Positions 48,838 through 58,225 of a DNA stretch of 64,000 nt are shown in pieces (position 1 is the first letter of the stretch; each line of letters starts with the position of its first letter). Under the pieces are notes generated by a model. That model worked only from the letters and a program-made list of their open reading frames with translations, was not told the DNA's origin and did not search any database. The stretch lies in the NCBI GenBank assembly GCA_965223415.1, contig OZ245002.1, positions 4,768,001 to 4,832,000 of the forward strand. Reading direction: 5' to 3'. The position numbers and the translations under genes were made by a program. The stretch is from Myxococcota bacterium. GTDB lineage: Bacteria > Myxococcota_A > UBA9160 > UBA6930.

Positions 48838-51168
48838 AAATCCATGGCGCGGCTCACCACGGACAAGAAGGCCACCATCCTCGGCGCCTTGGTCGAGGGC
48901 TCCTCGATCCGCTCGACCGAGCGCATGACCGGCGTCCACCGCGACACCATCTGCAAGCTCGTGGTGGAGACGGGCCGGAAGGCTGAACGGATCATGGCCG
49001 ACGAGATCCGCCACGTGCAGCCCCAGAGCCTCCAGCTGGACGAGATCTGGTGTTTCGTGGGGAAGAAGAAGGCCAACCTCAAGAAGACCGATGACCCGCG
49101 CACCACGGGCGACGCCTGGTGCTGGGTGGCCCTCGATCCCGATTCCAAGCTCGTCCCCCACCACCTGGTCGCGAAGCGCGAGGCTCGCGACGCCGTGCGG
49201 TTCACCCGCGAGCTGGCCCAGCGCGTCGAAGGCCGCATCCAGATCAACACTGACAAGCTCGGGGCCTACCGGCAGGCTGTCTTCGCGGCATGGGGCAGGG
49301 ACGTGGACTACGGCCGGATCGTAAAGCGGTTCTCAGGGGAGCCTCTGGACTCCGGTAGGTACTCGCCGCCGAAGGTGGTCGCGGTGGACCGGAGATCGTC
49401 TACGGAAACCCCGATCCAACCACGATCTGCACCTCCCATGTCGAGCGGAACAACCTCACGATGCGGATGGGGATGCGACGCTTTACGCGGCTGACCAACG
49501 GGTTTTCCAAGAAGGTCGAGAACCTCCGGGCCGCGGTGGCGCTTCACTTCTGCCACTACAACTTCATCCGCCGGCACGCCACCATCAAGACGACCCCGGC
49601 CCTGGCGGCAGGGGTCACGGACCACCGCTGGACCCTGGCCTCGGTGGACACCCAAAACCGGCCATAGAAGGACGTCTGAAAAGCGGCCATAGGGGCTGAC
49701 GCCCAGGACGTTGACGACGGCGAGGGACCTGCGATCCCCCGCCGCCATGGCGAACCTTCTGGGCAACGAGAAACGCGAGCAGATTCTGGCACTTGGCCGC
49801 CTCGGCTGGTCGCTTCGGCGGATCGAGGAGGCGACGGGCGTGCGCCGGGAGACGGCGAGCCGTTACCTCCGGGCCGCGGGGATCGCGGTGCGATCTCCTG
49901 GTCGCTGGGGGCACGGGGCCCCAAACCCGGCCATAGAGGCGTCCACCGACTCGAAGGCCCCGGCAAAAGCGGCCAAAGAGGCGTCCACCGATCCGGCCTG
50001 GCCGCCGATGCCGGGCCGGAGCCCCCAGGCCAGCGCCTGCGAGCCCTACCGCGAGTGGATCGAGGCGGGCGTGCGCCAGGGCCGGACGGCGATGGCGATC
50101 TGGCAGGACCTAGTCGATGACCACGGCTTCGCCTTCAGCTATGCGAGTGTGAAGCGCTTCGTGGCGAAGCAGCGAGCCGCGGCGCCGCGCGAGGCGCACC
50201 CGGTGATCGAGACGGCACCGGGAGAAGAGGGCCAGGTCGACTACGGCGACGGGCCGATGGTGCGGCATCCCGGGTCGGGGAAGTACCGGCGCACGAGGCT
50301 GTTCGTCTTCACCCTGGGCTACAGCCGCAAGTGCGTTCGGCTGCTCGTGTGGAAGTCGAGCAGCCAGGTCTGGTCGGAGCTGCACGAGAAGGCCTTCCGC
50401 CGGCTGGGCGGTGCACCGCGCACCGTCGTCCTCGACAACCTCAAGGAGGGCGTTCTCAAGCCCGACGTCTACGACCCCGCGCTCAACCCCCTCTACCGCG
50501 ATGTGCTCGCCCACTACGGCGTGACGGCGCTTCCGTGCCGGGTGCGCCACCCCGATCGCAAGGGGAAGGTCGAGTCCGGGGTGCGCCACGCGCAGCAGAA
50601 GGTCCGCGGGATGCGCTTCGAGTCGCTCGAGCAGGCCCAGGCCTACCTCGACCGCTGGGAGCGCCGATGGGCCGACACCCGCATCCACGGCACGACCAAG
50701 CGCCAGGTGGCGGCGATGTACGAAGAGGAGAAGCCGCACCTGCTCGGGCTTCCCATCGAGCCCTTCCGCTACTACCAGCACGGCGAGCGCACGGTGCACC
50801 TCGACGGGGCCATCGAGGTGGAGGGGGCCTACTACCACGCGCCGCCGGGCTGGCTGGGGCGGCGGGTGGCCGTCCAATGGGACGGGCTGCGGGTGCGGAT
50901 GCTCGATCTGCAGACGGGGGAGCTGCTGCGCGAGCACGTCCGCCAGAGGCGGGGGCGCCGCAGGATGCGGGAGGAGGACCGCCCGAAGCGGACGCCGGCC
51001 ACGACCCTCCAGCTGCTCGCGCGGGCCCGGCGCGCCGGCGTCCACGTGGGCGAGGTGTGTGAGGCGATCCATCGCCTGGACGGCGTGTCGCAGGACGTGA
51101 TATTCGAGGGCTAAGAGGACACGTAGATTTGCGCACCTCCTGTTGAGCCGCTGCGCGGCACGTTCCCC

Positions 51169-52455
51169 GTGAGGGAGGGGGGCGTGGGGCAGCGGCGACT
51201 GAGGCAGGAGGAAGTGATGACGATCGAAGTGCTGCACGAGCGGGGGTGCTCGAACCGGGAGATCGCCCGCCAGCTGGGGATCCGGGAGAGCGCGGTGCGC
51301 TACCGGCTGAAGCGGCTGGCGGAGGGGGCGCGAGACGGCCGGAGCGGGAAGCCCTTCCTGGCCGAGGCGGTCCACGAGGTGATCGCGGAGTGGCTGGAGG
51401 CGAGCTCGGGAGGCCGTGGCGTGAACCTGCAGGAGCTTCACGAGTTCCTGGTGGAGGAGCACGGGTACACGGGGAGCTCCAAGAGCGTGCAGCGGTACGT
51501 GCGGGCCCGGTTCCCGAGACCGAAGGTGCGGAGCCGGCGTCGGGTGGAGACACCGCCCGGGGCGCAGGGTCAGGTGGACTGGGGCGAGTTTCCGGGCGTG
51601 CGGATCGGGGGCCAGGAGGTGGACCTGCATGCCTTCCACCTGGTGCTCTCGCACTCGCGGCGAGAAGCGGTGGTGTGGTCGGAGCGGGCGGACACGCTGG
51701 CGTGGCTGGACGTGCACAACCGGGCCTTCGAGCGGCTGGGCGGGGTGCCGGCGGTGCTGCGGGTCGACAACGTGAAGACAGCGGTGGCGAAGGGGGCGGG
51801 GCCATGGGGGACGGTGAACCCGGCTTACGCGAGCTATGCCGGGGCCCTTCGCTTCCACGTGGACGCCACCCGTCCCCGCCAGCCGCAGGAGAAGGGGAAG
51901 GTGGAGCGTCGGATCCTGGGGCACCGGCGGGGCTTCGATCCGCGTCGGCGGGAGCACGAGAGCCTGGAGTCGCTGCAAGCGTGGACGGACGGCCAGGTGG
52001 CGCGCTCGAGCCACCGGCGGCAGTGCCCGGCGACGGGCACGACGGTCTTCCAGGCGTGGGAGGCGGAGAAGCCCCATCTCGGGGCCCTGCCCGAGCGGCT
52101 TCCCGAGCCCTTCGACCTGGCCGTGATGCGACGTGTCGGGCGCGACGCCACGGTGCGCTTCGAGGGGCGTACCTACAGCGTCCCCTTCCGCTTCGTCGAG
52201 CAGAGCGTCGAGGTGCGCGGCTGCGCCCGGCAGGTGCAGGTCTGGGCCGAGGGCTCGGTGGTGGCCGCGCACCCGCGCCACACGCGAAGCCGCCTGCTGC
52301 TGGACCCGAGCCACTACGAGGGGCCGAGCACGGAGGGGGTGGAGGCGCCCGTACCGCTCGGGCGCATGGGTCGACGCCTCCAGGAGCTGTGGGCGATGGA
52401 GCCGGAGCAGCGGCCGATCGACCTCTATGCCGATCTGGCGGAGGTGGCGCGATGA
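51169..52455 (+). CDS. istA: IS21 transposase IstA
   Basis: Translation identical to 8568-9854. Confidence 0.95.
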   Translation: MREGGVGQRRLRQEEVMTIEVLHERGCSNREIARQLGIRESAVRYRLKRLAEGARDGRSGKPFLAEAVHEVIAEWLEASSGGRGVNLQELHEFLVEEHGYTGSSKSVQRYVRARFPRPKVRSRRRVETPPGAQGQVDWGEFPGVRIGGQEVDLHAFHLVLSHSRREAVVWSERADTLAWLDVHNRAFERLGGVPAVLRVDNVKTAVAKGAGPWGTVNPAYASYAGALRFHVDATRPRQPQEKGKVERRILGHRRGFDPRRREHESLESLQAWTDGQVARSSHRRQCPATGTTVFQAWEAEKPHLGALPERLPEPFDLAVMRRVGRDATVRFEGRTYSVPFRFVEQSVEVRGCARQVQVWAEGSVVAAHPRHTRSRLLLDPSHYEGPSTEGVEAPVPLGRMGRRLQELWAMEPEQRPIDLYADLAEVAR

Positions 52456-53252
52456 CGGCGGGAAACCCGGTGCCCAAGAAGGGCGGCAAGGTGGATCTCG
52501 ACCCGACCCGCGAGCGGCTCGTGCGCCTCGGCCTCCATCACGCGGCCGAGCACATCGGCGAGGAGCTGGCCCGAGCGACCAAGGACGACCTCGTGCCCCA
52601 CCGCTTCCTCGACCTGCTGCTCGAGGCCGAGCTGCAGCACCGCGAGGAGCGGAGGATGAAGACCTCGCTCCGTCTCTCGGGCCTTCCCACGGGGCAGACC
52701 CTCGGCAACTTCGACTTCGCCTTCCAGCCGAGTGTGGAGCGGAGCCGGATCGAGACGCTGGGCACCTGCGCGTGGATCCGGGCCAAGGAGAGTCTGCTGA
52801 TCCAGGGTCCGCCGGGAGTGGGCAAGACCCACCTGGCGGTGGCCCTGGGGGTGCGGGCCGTGGAGAACGGCTTCTCCGTGGCCTTCCATCGCCTCGAGGA
52901 CCTGCTGGCGGCCCTCAAGCGCGACGCCGAGATCAGCCCGCAACGGCTGCGGCGGCGCAAGCACATGAACGTGGCGCTCCTCGTCATCGACGAGGTCGGC
53001 TTCGAGCCCATGACGCGCCAGGAGGCGAGCCTCTTCTTCCGGCTCGTCTCCTACCGCTATGGGAGGGGCTCGATCCTGATCACCACGAACAAGGGCATCG
53101 CCGACTGGCCCGAGGTGCTGGCGGGCGACGAGGTGCTGGCCACCGCCATCCTCGATCGCCTCCTCCACCACAGCCAGGTGCTCAACATCTCGGGGCGGAG
53201 CTACCGGCTCCGCGAGCTCGAGCAGGCCGCGGGGCAAAGCGCCCAGCGTTGA
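52452..53252 (+). CDS. istB: IS21 helper ATPase IstB
   Basis: Translation identical to 7771-8571. Confidence 0.95.
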   Translation: MTAGNPVPKKGGKVDLDPTRERLVRLGLHHAAEHIGEELARATKDDLVPHRFLDLLLEAELQHREERRMKTSLRLSGLPTGQTLGNFDFAFQPSVERSRIETLGTCAWIRAKESLLIQGPPGVGKTHLAVALGVRAVENGFSVAFHRLEDLLAALKRDAEISPQRLRRRKHMNVALLVIDEVGFEPMTRQEASLFFRLVSYRYGRGSILITTNKGIADWPEVLAGDEVLATAILDRLLHHSQVLNISGRSYRLRELEQAAGQSAQR

Positions 53253-53629
53253 GGCCCCAGAGGGCGGCCTGACGGCCGTGCTCTCCTTCGGAGAGCGGAA
53301 GAGAAGAAGGAAGAACCGAACATCAACCCAGGGGGGTGCGCAAAACTAGCCGTCCTCTTAGCGCGCAAGAGATGACGTCCCTCGACACGGCGAGCCCGGG
53401 GTGCGTCGCATCCTGGGCGTGCTCTCCCTGTGCAAGCGCCACGGCATCCCTCGCGTCGACGATGCCTGCGCCACCGCCCTGGCCCTCGAGCTGCCCACCT
53501 ACGCGTTCGTCAAGCGCTACCTGGAGCGTCAGCCCGAGCTGCCGCTCTCGCTCAAGCAGGTGGACCCGCTCATCCGCCAGCTCACCCACTACCGCGATCT
53601 CATCGATCGCCGCACCGAGGAGACCTCTC

Positions 53630-54391
53630 GTGAATCTGACTGAACTCGATCCCGCACTGCGCAAGCTCCGGCTCTCGGGCATGGCCGAGCATCTGGAGAT
53701 GCGGCTCCTCGAAGCCCAGAAGGGCGAGTGGGCGGCCATCGACCTGCTCTCGGCGCTCGTCCAGGACGAGCTCGAGCGCCGGCAGGACCGACTGCTGGCC
53801 CGGCGCATCAAGCAGGCCCGCTTCCGCGACGCCAACCGGACCCTCAACGGCTTCGACTTCCGCTTCAATACGAAGATCGATCGCGCCCTGGTCTTCGAGC
53901 TCGCCACGGGCCGCTTCCTCGAGCAAGCCGAGGACGCTGTCTTCCTCGGCCCGCCGGGCACGGGCAAGAGCCATCTCGCCCAGGCGATCGGCCTCGCCGT
54001 CATCCACCAGGGCCATCGCGTCGCCTACCGCGAGGTCCACGTCCTCCTCGAGGAACTCGCTGATGCGACCCTCGACGGCACCCGCAAGGAGTACCTGGCC
54101 GAGATGGCGAGCGTGCCGCTGCTCATCCTTGACGACCTCGGCATGCGCAAGCTCCCCACCACGGCCGCCGAGGACCTGCTCGAGCTCATCATGCGCCGCT
54201 ACGAGCGCACCAGCACCCTCGTCACCTCGAACCGACCCGTCGACGACTGGGGCCGGCTCCTCGGCGACACGGCAGCCGTCACCGCCATGCTCGACCGCCT
54301 CCTCCACCACGGCCACCTGCTCAAGTGCGGACCCCGCAGCTGGCGCACCAAGAAGACCACGGCCTTGCCGAAGGAGGCTCCGGCGCGGTAG
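53630..54391 (+). CDS. istB: IS21 helper ATPase IstB (element A copy 2)
   Basis: Translation identical to 2249-3010. Confidence 0.95.
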   Translation: MNLTELDPALRKLRLSGMAEHLEMRLLEAQKGEWAAIDLLSALVQDELERRQDRLLARRIKQARFRDANRTLNGFDFRFNTKIDRALVFELATGRFLEQAEDAVFLGPPGTGKSHLAQAIGLAVIHQGHRVAYREVHVLLEELADATLDGTRKEYLAEMASVPLLILDDLGMRKLPTTAAEDLLELIMRRYERTSTLVTSNRPVDDWGRLLGDTAAVTAMLDRLLHHGHLLKCGPRSWRTKKTTALPKEAPAR

Positions 54392-54498
54392 AACCCCTCT
54401 GTCCTGGGCGCGGCCCTTTGGCCGCCTTTGAGACGTCCACCTTTGGCCGGTTTTCAGACGTCCACCGAGGCCCTGGAGGAGCTGGTAGAGGCGCCGTA

Positions 54499-54846
54499 CT
54501 AGCTCGCGAGCTGGCGGACTGATTCGTCCCAAGCACGCACCTTCTCCTTGGCGATCGGGCCGAGGTTCCGCGCGAGCATCGACATGATGGCGCTTAGGTG
54601 GGGCTTGGCGGCTTCGAAGAGCTCTTCTCCCGTGATTCCCCCCGGAATCAGGGCATCAGATACGGCCTGCTGGACGAACGACGGCATGTCGAGAATGTCG
54701 ATGCCAACGATGCGATCTAGGTCCTCAGAGACCAAGATTGTCATGTCCTCCAGCGGTACCGCTACCGTCTGGCCGCGCAGGTACTCTGAGATGGATACCT
54801 GGACCACGTCCGTATCAGGGCAGTAGATCAGCCTGATTTCGTCCAT
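54499..54846 (-). CDS. DUF2283-like protein, putative antitoxin
   Basis: YCPDTDVVQV...IVGIDILD resembles the YD..D.L....IVGIEI pattern; acidic. Confidence 0.6.
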   Translation of the reverse strand: MDEIRLIYCPDTDVVQVSISEYLRGQTVAVPLEDMTILVSEDLDRIVGIDILDMPSFVQQAVSDALIPGGITGEELFEAAKPHLSAIMSMLARNLGPIAKEKVRAWDESVRQLAS

Positions 54847-55172
54847 ACGACGTTCATCCTTCCTGCGGGGGGAATGGCCTTGTCGTAGGCGGTGACCAGC
54901 TCCCACCAGCGGGGCGGGTCGGCGTTCTTGGGACGCGGTTTTGCCGACACCATATGGGCGCGGTCCTCAGAGAATACCTTGTAGTAGTTCAAAGAGCCGT
55001 GGGCCACGTTCTCGCAGATGAAGCTGGGATCCTCGATGGTCTCCCGCATCCAAGACTGATCGGCCTCCTCATGCCTCTCCTTGATGTGGATATCCCACGT
55101 CCTCTGCCTGAATTTGACGGTGCGTCCCTGGGGATCGTTCACCTCGAAGATGAGAGGGTTTCTGACGGCCAT
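54828..55172 (-). CDS. putative BECR-fold (PBECR2/DUF4258-like) RNase toxin
   Basis: W.HIKERH..TIEDP..YYK..LVTAY pattern; overlaps downstream partner. Confidence 0.6.
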   Translation of the reverse strand: MAVRNPLIFEVNDPQGRTVKFRQRTWDIHIKERHEEADQSWMRETIEDPSFICENVAHGSLNYYKVFSEDRAHMVSAKPRPKNADPPRWWELVTAYDKAIPPAGRMNVVWTKSG

Positions 55173-55243
55173 CCCCGGGGGATATCAGCACCGGCGGACC
55201 AGCCAGTCAAGTCATTCCCTCCGGGGTAGGACACCACCCTACT

Positions 55244-55271
55244 ACTTTACATAATCTATCTTATCGGACAT
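55244..55271 (-). other. dif (XerCD) recombination site
   Basis: Reverse complement ATGTCCGATAA-GATAGA-TTATGTAAAGT: 11-6-11 layout with XerD arm TTATGT.AA.T; intergenic AT-rich patch. Confidence 0.88.
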
Positions 55272-55348
55272 TGAATTCGAGGGACCCGAGGCACGCGAGA
55301 CACGGGACGCTTGGGACGGACCGGGCCATGCGGCCCGGGCGCCGAGCG

Positions 55349-56110
55349 CTAGCCCTGCGGCCCAGCCGTTCGGCGGCGCAGCTGCAGCTCCTCGAGCTGC
55401 GCCTCCACGTGGGTCGGAACCCTGCCGGCCGGCGGGTCGGCGGCGTCGAGCTGCTCGGCGATCGCTAGGGCCTGGTCCTCGTCCCCGAGCCGGAGAAAGC
55501 AGCGGGCGGCGCTGGCCAGGGCCAGGTAGCGCGCGGGAAAGTCGGCGTTGGCGCCGGCCTCGGCATAGGCCGCGGCGGCGCCGGCGAAGTCGTCCTGCTG
55601 CTCGAGGCCCCCGGCCAGCCGGAGGCGCGCGAGGCTCTCCAGGGTGGTGCCGGAGGGGGCGGCCTCCGCGGCCGCGCGCCAGCTCTCGACGGCGGCGTCC
55701 AGGTCGCCGGTCTCGGCCTGCAGCACGCCGGCCTGGATGCGGCCGCCCACCGCCGCGCGGGTGCCGCCGTGTTCGTCGGCGGCCGCCAGGAGCTTGTCGG
55801 CGTACTCCTGTCGGACGCGGCGGCCGATCTCCGGATTGGCCGGATCCACCACGTCCAGATCCCCGAGGCCAGCCCCCATGGCCAGGAGGTAGTCGCCGTA
55901 GACCGACGCCACCTGCTCGGAGCCGGCCTGCTCGCTGCGAAGCGACAAGGTCTGGGTGATGCCCACGACCGCGGCCACGCCGAGGATGGTCCCGAGCAGG
56001 CCCAGGACGATCTGCGGGTTGCTGGAGACCCAGTCGGCGAGGCCGTCGAAGAGGCCCTCGATCTCCTGGAGGGTCTCGGTCGCTTGTTTCGAATCGGGGC
56101 GCTTGGCCAC
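55349..56110 (-). CDS. YfgM-like TPR membrane protein
   Basis: N-terminal TM, LARLRLA helices; adjacent to der. Confidence 0.7.
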   Translation of the reverse strand: MAKRPDSKQATETLQEIEGLFDGLADWVSSNPQIVLGLLGTILGVAAVVGITQTLSLRSEQAGSEQVASVYGDYLLAMGAGLGDLDVVDPANPEIGRRVRQEYADKLLAAADEHGGTRAAVGGRIQAGVLQAETGDLDAAVESWRAAAEAAPSGTTLESLARLRLAGGLEQQDDFAGAAAAYAEAGANADFPARYLALASAARCFLRLGDEDQALAIAEQLDAADPPAGRVPTHVEAQLEELQLRRRTAGPQG

Positions 56111-56168
56111 GGAATCCTCCGCAGGAGCCGGGATGGCGCCGGAGTGTATCGGCTGAGCCGGGGTGCCT

Positions 56169-57533
56169 CTAGGAGGGCGAGGCGCCCTCCCCGCTCCGCT
56201 TCCGCAGGCGCAGGCGTACCGGGACGCCGGCGAGATCGAAGCGCTCGCGGAGCTGGTTCACGAGGAAGCGGCGGTAGGAGGGCAGCACGGCCCGCGGATC
56301 CGTGCAGAAGAGGACCAGCGTGGGCGGATGGGTCGCCACCTGGGTGGCGTAGAAGAACTTGATCGGCCGGCGTCGGGTGCCCCGCTGGGCCATGGCCGGC
56401 TCGTGCTTGCGAACGCAGTCCTGCAGCCAGCGGTTGAGCTCCGCCGTGGGGATCTCGGTGGCCGCGGCGCGCCCCAGGCGCACGATCAGTCGCGGCAGGC
56501 GGCGCAGGCCCTTGCCGGTCTTCGCCGACAGCCGGGTGATGGGCACGTCGCGCAGCGGAGCGAGACGCCGGGACAGCTCGTCCTCGAGCCGGCGCCGGGT
56601 GTCCTCGTGGTCCTCGCCCTCGACCAGGTCCCACTTGTTCACGACCAACGCGGCGGCGGTGCCCCGCTCCCGGACCAGCGAGAGGACCCGGAAGTCCTGA
56701 TCGGTGAAGCCCTCCCCCGCATCGGCCAGCACCAACGCCACGTCGGCCCGCTCGATGGCGCGCAGGCTCATGAGCGCACTGCCCCGCTCCACGTGCTCTC
56801 GGCGGCGCGCCGCCCGGCGGATGCCGGCGGTGTCGACAAAGGTCATCGGGCCGGCCTCGGTCTGGATGCGCATGTCGATGGCGTCCCGGGTGGTGCCGGG
56901 GACTTCCGAGACGACCACCCGCTCCTCGCCGAGCAGGCGGTTGAGCAGCGAGCTCTTTCCCACGTTCGGGCGCCCCACCAGCGCGACTCGGAGCTCGTCG
57001 GCAGGCGCGGGCGCGGGCTCGCTCTCGGCCGGCGACAGCATCGCCACCAGCTCCTCGAGAGCATCCCACGCGCCGGTGCCGTGCTCGGCCGAGACCGCAC
57101 GGACCGGCTCGAGCCCGAGGGCGTGGAACTCGGCCTGGCGCGGCGTGTGGCCGGGGGCGTCGATCTTGTTCACCGCGACCAGGAGCGGTCGGTCGCTCCG
57201 CCGGAGGACCCGGGCGAGCTCCTCCTCCTGGGGCAGGAGCCCCGCCTGGCCGTCCACCACCCAGAGGATGGCGTCGGCGCCGTCCAAGGCCGAACGGGCC
57301 TGCTCCTGGACCGCGCTCTCGATCTCGCTGCCCGGCTCCGGATCGAGGCCGGCCGTGTCCACGAGCAGCACCCTGCGGGGACCCACCTCGACCTCTTCGG
57401 CGATGCGGTCGCGGGTGAGCCCGGGCGTGTCCTCGACGAGCACCCTGCGGTGGCCCGCGTAGCGGTTGAAGAGCGTGGACTTGCCCACGTTCGGGCGACC
57501 GACGATGGCCACGATCGGAAGGGGACGGGACAA
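56169..57533 (-). CDS. der: ribosome biogenesis GTPase Der (EngA)
   Basis: Two GRPNVGKS/DTAG/NKxD domains, KH-like end. Confidence 0.97.
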   Translation of the reverse strand: MSRPLPIVAIVGRPNVGKSTLFNRYAGHRRVLVEDTPGLTRDRIAEEVEVGPRRVLLVDTAGLDPEPGSEIESAVQEQARSALDGADAILWVVDGQAGLLPQEEELARVLRRSDRPLLVAVNKIDAPGHTPRQAEFHALGLEPVRAVSAEHGTGAWDALEELVAMLSPAESEPAPAPADELRVALVGRPNVGKSSLLNRLLGEERVVVSEVPGTTRDAIDMRIQTEAGPMTFVDTAGIRRAARRREHVERGSALMSLRAIERADVALVLADAGEGFTDQDFRVLSLVRERGTAAALVVNKWDLVEGEDHEDTRRRLEDELSRRLAPLRDVPITRLSAKTGKGLRRLPRLIVRLGRAAATEIPTAELNRWLQDCVRKHEPAMAQRGTRRRPIKFFYATQVATHPPTLVLFCTDPRAVLPSYRRFLVNQLRERFDLAGVPVRLRLRKRSGEGASPS

Positions 57534-57765
57534 GCGCGCAACCTACCGCGGCACCCCCCGGCCGCAACTTGGCGCCGCAAACGCCCGGCAGAGGAAGAGC
57601 TTTCTTGACAAGGGCGCGCCAGCGCCCGTAGGCTCCCCAGCGGGGTACCATGGGGTGCACCCCGGAGATGTGTCGGCCGGAGGGGCCCGCCGAGCAGCGG
57701 GGCCGGTGGCCTTCGACGGGAACGGACGAAGCGCGCGCAGGGATGCGCATTCTGGGGGAAACGCG

Positions 57766-58212
57766 GTGAAACTCTCTTCCTGGACCCGGCGACTCGCGAT
57801 GCTCGCACTCGCCATGACCTTTGTGCTCGGTGCGGCGGGCAAGGCCTCGGCCGACGCCTACACGCTCAAGCGCTCCATCGAGAACATGACCCAGTGGCCG
57901 CTGGATCTGGCGCTCTCCCCGATCGTCGCGGGGCAGACGATCCGGAACAACATGGAATCGATCGGGGACTCGCCCGGCGTGCGCATGTTCTACCCGGTGC
58001 CCGGCTACTTCTGGAACGTCTTCGTCCAGGGCAGCACCAGCGTGCTCCGCGGGATCACCGGCGTGATCGAGCTGCCCATCGGCCTGGCGATCCTGCCCCT
58101 GGACGCGGAGTTCGATCCGATCTTCGACCCGGCCGACGAGCAGGACGCGCTGGTGGACTACGAAACCGACTTCTTCTGGGTGAAGTTCGGGATCACCTAC
58201 ACCAGCAACTAG
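57766..58212 (+). CDS. hypothetical exported/membrane protein
   Basis: Signal peptide (..KASA), GC3-biased codons; TTGACA-18-TAGGCT upstream at 57605. Confidence 0.7.
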   Translation: MKLSSWTRRLAMLALAMTFVLGAAGKASADAYTLKRSIENMTQWPLDLALSPIVAGQTIRNNMESIGDSPGVRMFYPVPGYFWNVFVQGSTSVLRGITGVIELPIGLAILPLDAEFDPIFDPADEQDALVDYETDFFWVKFGITYTSN

Positions 58213-58225
58213 GCGCCGAAGCCCT

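Larger units (their letters stand above)
51086..53387 (+). mobile_element. IS21-family element B, copy 2 (2302 bp)
   Basis: TGTCG...CGACA; 5-bp target duplication CGGCG; inverted relative to copy 1. Confidence 0.97.
49747..53643 (+). pseudogene. istA: istA of IS21-A copy 2, disrupted at 51085
   Basis: Matches 673-2262 either side of the IS21-B insertion. Confidence 0.95.
49639..54470 (+). mobile_element. IS21-family element A, copy 2 (interrupted by IS21-B)
   Basis: Same sequence as 565-3089; 6-bp target duplication CCCTGG (49633-49638, 54471-54476). Confidence 0.97.
48844..54502 (+). pseudogene. IS1-family DDE transposase, frameshift near 49392 and C-terminus split by IS21-A
   Basis: HTH; QLDEIWCFV, NTD..AY, VERNNLTMR..RRFTRLT..FSKK; last codons EELVEAPY* found beyond IS21-A. 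Confidence 0.9.
47086..55238 (+). mobile_element. IS1-family transposon with passenger genes (about 3.3 kb without the nested IS21s)
   Basis: IRs GGTAGTGTCCTGCCCCGTGGGG / GGTGGTGTCCTACCCCGGAGGG (18/22); 8-bp target duplication CTACTACT at 47078-47085 and 55239-55246. Confidence 0.9.

Noticed and set aside
49385..49400. Programmed IS1 InsA/InsB frameshift
   Set aside because: No A6C slippery site and the break lies inside the catalytic domain
565..54470. 54-kb composite transposon
   Set aside because: Outer flanks GCCAAC and CCCTGG differ; copy 2 has its own duplication, so insertions were independent
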